64,000 nt of DNA from Thraustochytrium aureum. Taxonomy: Eukaryota. Location: the NCBI GenBank assembly GCA_012862495.1, contig BLSG01000391.1, positions 231,760-295,759 of the forward strand. The letters run 5' to 3'. A program made the translations under genes and the position numbers. Positions within the stretch are counted from its first letter, which is position 1, and every line of letters begins with the position of its first letter. Below the pieces are notes generated by a model, which saw nothing but the letters and a program-made list of their open reading frames with translations, ran no database searches and was not told the DNA's origin. Below are positions 61,434 through 64,000 of the stretch, one piece after another.

Positions 61434-63187
61434 TCAGTTTTGCTGCGCGGCAAGCCACTCCACCACGATCTCCTCAAGAACAGTTAGGGGCACAGAGCCA
61501 ACCCCGAGAACGAGGTCGTGAAACTTGCGAACGTCAAAGGCTTTGCCGAGGCGCTCCTCGGCGAGCTTGCGGAGCTCTTTGAGCTTGATTTCGCCCATCT
61601 TGTACGAGAGCGCCTGCCCGGGGATTGCGACGTAGCGCGTGGTCTCCGAGTCGATGTCGTTCGGGGTGCCCGCGCGGTTTTCCGTCATGTAATCCATGGC
61701 GCGCTGCTTGGACCACCCGAGTGCGTTCATGCCCGTGTCGACAACGAGGCGGCAGGCGCGCATCATTTCGATGACGAGGCGGCCGTAGAGGCTCGACTTT
61801 TTCTCGTACATCTTCATCTCTTCGCCGAGGTACTCGCAGTAAAGGCCCCAGCCCTCAATGTAGGCAGTGTAGTGGCTGTACTTGCGGAGGGTGGGGATTT
61901 CTTCGTTCTCAGTGGCGAGCGCGATCTGCAGGTGATGGCCCGGGGCAGCCTCGTGGAGCACGAGAGCCTCGGCGATGTAGGTCTTGCGGTTCTGGAGAAA
62001 GCTCGTGTTGAGCGAGAACCAGCCGCCAGAGGAGAGGTCCTCGGGGGGCGACTCGTAGTATGCCGCTGGGGCGTGCGGCGCATAGTAGGCAGGGACGGGC
62101 TTGATGCCAAAGGTGGTGCGCGGCAGCTTGCCGATGATCGAAGGCAGCTTTGGTGCGATGATCCCCGCACGTTCTTGTAGTAGGTGAGCAGCTCTTCCTC
62201 CGTAGCGCAAACGCACGTCTCGTCCAAGTGCGCCTGGTAGGCGCCCACCGAGTCGAAGCCCTCGCTGGTGGCGATCTCCTCCATGCTCTTCATGATGCGG
62301 TCGACCTCGGCGAGGCCAATCTCGTGGATCTCCTCGGGGGTCCGCGTGGTCGTGGTCTGCTCGTGCACGTGGTACGCGTACAGCTCCTCGCCGCGTGCGC
62401 ACCGCTTGGCCACGCAGAGCTCCTCACTGAGGTTGGGGATGTACTCGTCGTTGAGGAATGCGGCAAATTCCTTGAAGGCAGGAAGAACGGCCTCCTCAAC
62501 AAGGGTCAGGCACTCGGCTCTGAGCTCGGGCGTGGCCCCAGACTTGGCGAACTTTTCATCGTTGCGCAGGGGTTCGTGGTACGCAGTGGTCTCCTCAGCG
62601 ACCATGGCCTCGATCTGGGATGGGATGGACTCGACCGAGATGCGCGGGGGCGTGATGCGCTCCTCGAGGCCCGTCGTCAGCAGAGTTTGCTGCGCTTTGA
62701 GGTAGCGCGGGATGTCTGCGAGGCGTTCGCGGTATTGCTCGAAGTCCTTAGGCGAGTCAAAGTGCACCTTGTCGATGAGCATGGGCAAGTTGATGAGGGC
62801 GTTCTCCATGGTGTGGCAGCAGATCAGGTAGAGCTTGAGGTCAGCCATTCTAATGGAGTCCTCGAGCTTGTCCTTGACGATGCCGAGCGTGACGCGGTGG
62901 TCCAAGGACCAGGTCTTGGCGCGGAGGTCCTTGTCCTTTTCAGGGAAGAGGGCGTTTACGCGGTCCAGGAACGCCTGGCATTCGGCCTTGTAGTCCTCTT
63001 CGCTTTCGACGGTCATCGCAGAGAGCTTGCCATTGTATTCGCTGTATCCCAGGAACGAGGCAGACTCGGGCGAATTCTTGAGAAACGCTTGCCAGATCTC
63101 GTCCATCAATGGCTCGAGCGCGGCGTAGTCGTTGGTCTTCGCCGGCGCCGACCGGCGGAGCATCTTGGACAGGGACTTGCGCACCAT
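61434..63187 (-). CDS. DUF885-family protein (zincin-like, HExxPGHH), one frameshift near 62170
   Basis: PESASFLGY, TPEEIHEIGLAEVDRI, APAAYY, LVLHEAAPGHHLQ, YIEGWGLYCE, RACRLVVDTG, PGQALSYKMGE and FDVRKFHDLVL. Confidence 0.92.
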
Positions 63188-64000
63188 CTTGTCGCTTTTC
63201 AGCGCTTGCTTGCGCGACGAAGCAGGCTTTTGGTCACTTCGGGTGGCCGAGGCTCGGGCTCGTTCAACTAACGCCTGCCGTTCTCGATCTGCTCACCGAG
63301 CAAGGAGGCGAGCTCATTCCAAGCGAGCAAGAACAAGCCGAGCCGAGCAGGCGGGCGAGCAACGGCCTCGCGGCACAACGAGGGTGCCTCTGCCAACCGC
63401 GGCTCAAAATGTGCAGACCCACAGACCACACGAGGCACAAAACCAGCGATCCCAATGCGACGCGACGGCGGTCAGTCGGTCCTCTGACAGCTCAGCTCCC
63501 TGTCTGCTCTCTCGGGGTGTGCACTTGTGCTCGTTGTGCCGTTTTTGTGGTTTTCGGTTTTTGTGTTGTGCCCGACATCCTCCTTGCCGACACTACACGC
63601 GCGAACTCGAGGCTTGCTTCTTGAAAGTTGCGCTCGTTGCGCTTGTTGCTTGCACGTGCAGCCAGCGCCGAGGGACTCGCGACTTTGTGGCGCCAGGCGC
63701 TTGCTGGCCTTGCTCTGTTCCGCTGTTGTCTGCATTGGCACAGGAGCAGCTCGTTGCGTTGTACCCAGCCGCAGGCATTGTGCCGGGCAGGTTCAGGTTG
63801 GCGCGTTGCCAGTGCAAGAAGGCTCGCAGCGCGCCTGCTTCAAGCTGGACCTGCTGCCTGAGTACCTACTCTGCCTGCCTTCTCTTCCTGCTCTCGCAGC
63901 CGAGAGCCGAGGCTCGACCGTGCGTTGATACAAACAATTACTCCACTGCCAGACTGCCAGGGCGGTGCGCTCTACTCGCTCGACGTTGAGTCTGCTTCCG

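Noticed and set aside
63132..63989. Plus-strand ORFs at the window end
   Set aside because: Cys/Leu-rich low-complexity translations without motifs; probably non-coding sequence upstream of DUF885.

Overview
GC-rich, gene-dense, intron-poor eukaryotic nuclear DNA with 11 N-gaps. Compact genes, short canonical GT-AG introns, ciliary genes and HSF/bZIP factors suggest a flagellated protist; a thraustochytrid-like stramenopile is my best guess, and this is inference only. About 19 protein genes can be reconstructed: a CANT1-type apyrase, a bZIP-C2H2-bZIP factor, CFAP157-like, an AGC kinase, a PPX1/PRUNE exopolyphosphatase, DUF179/AlgH-like, an NBEA/LRBA-type BEACH protein, DUS3, WDR47, a TPT-family transporter, TAM41, FAM92/CIBAR, a small WW+TM protein, a giant ~16xC2/EF-hand/SAM protein, a NIPA Mg transporter, TMEM163-like, HSF, MOT1/BTAF1 and DUF885. 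Seven conserved genes are broken by about 17 single-base frameshifts. Those that can be pinpointed sit in short homopolymers and go in both directions, so sequencing error is the most likely cause; RNA editing or recoding cannot be excluded from DNA alone. I see no rRNA, tRNA, CRISPR array or mobile element. The most unusual items are protein architectures (giant C2 array, double bZIP around a zinc finger, mitochondrial-type WW protein).
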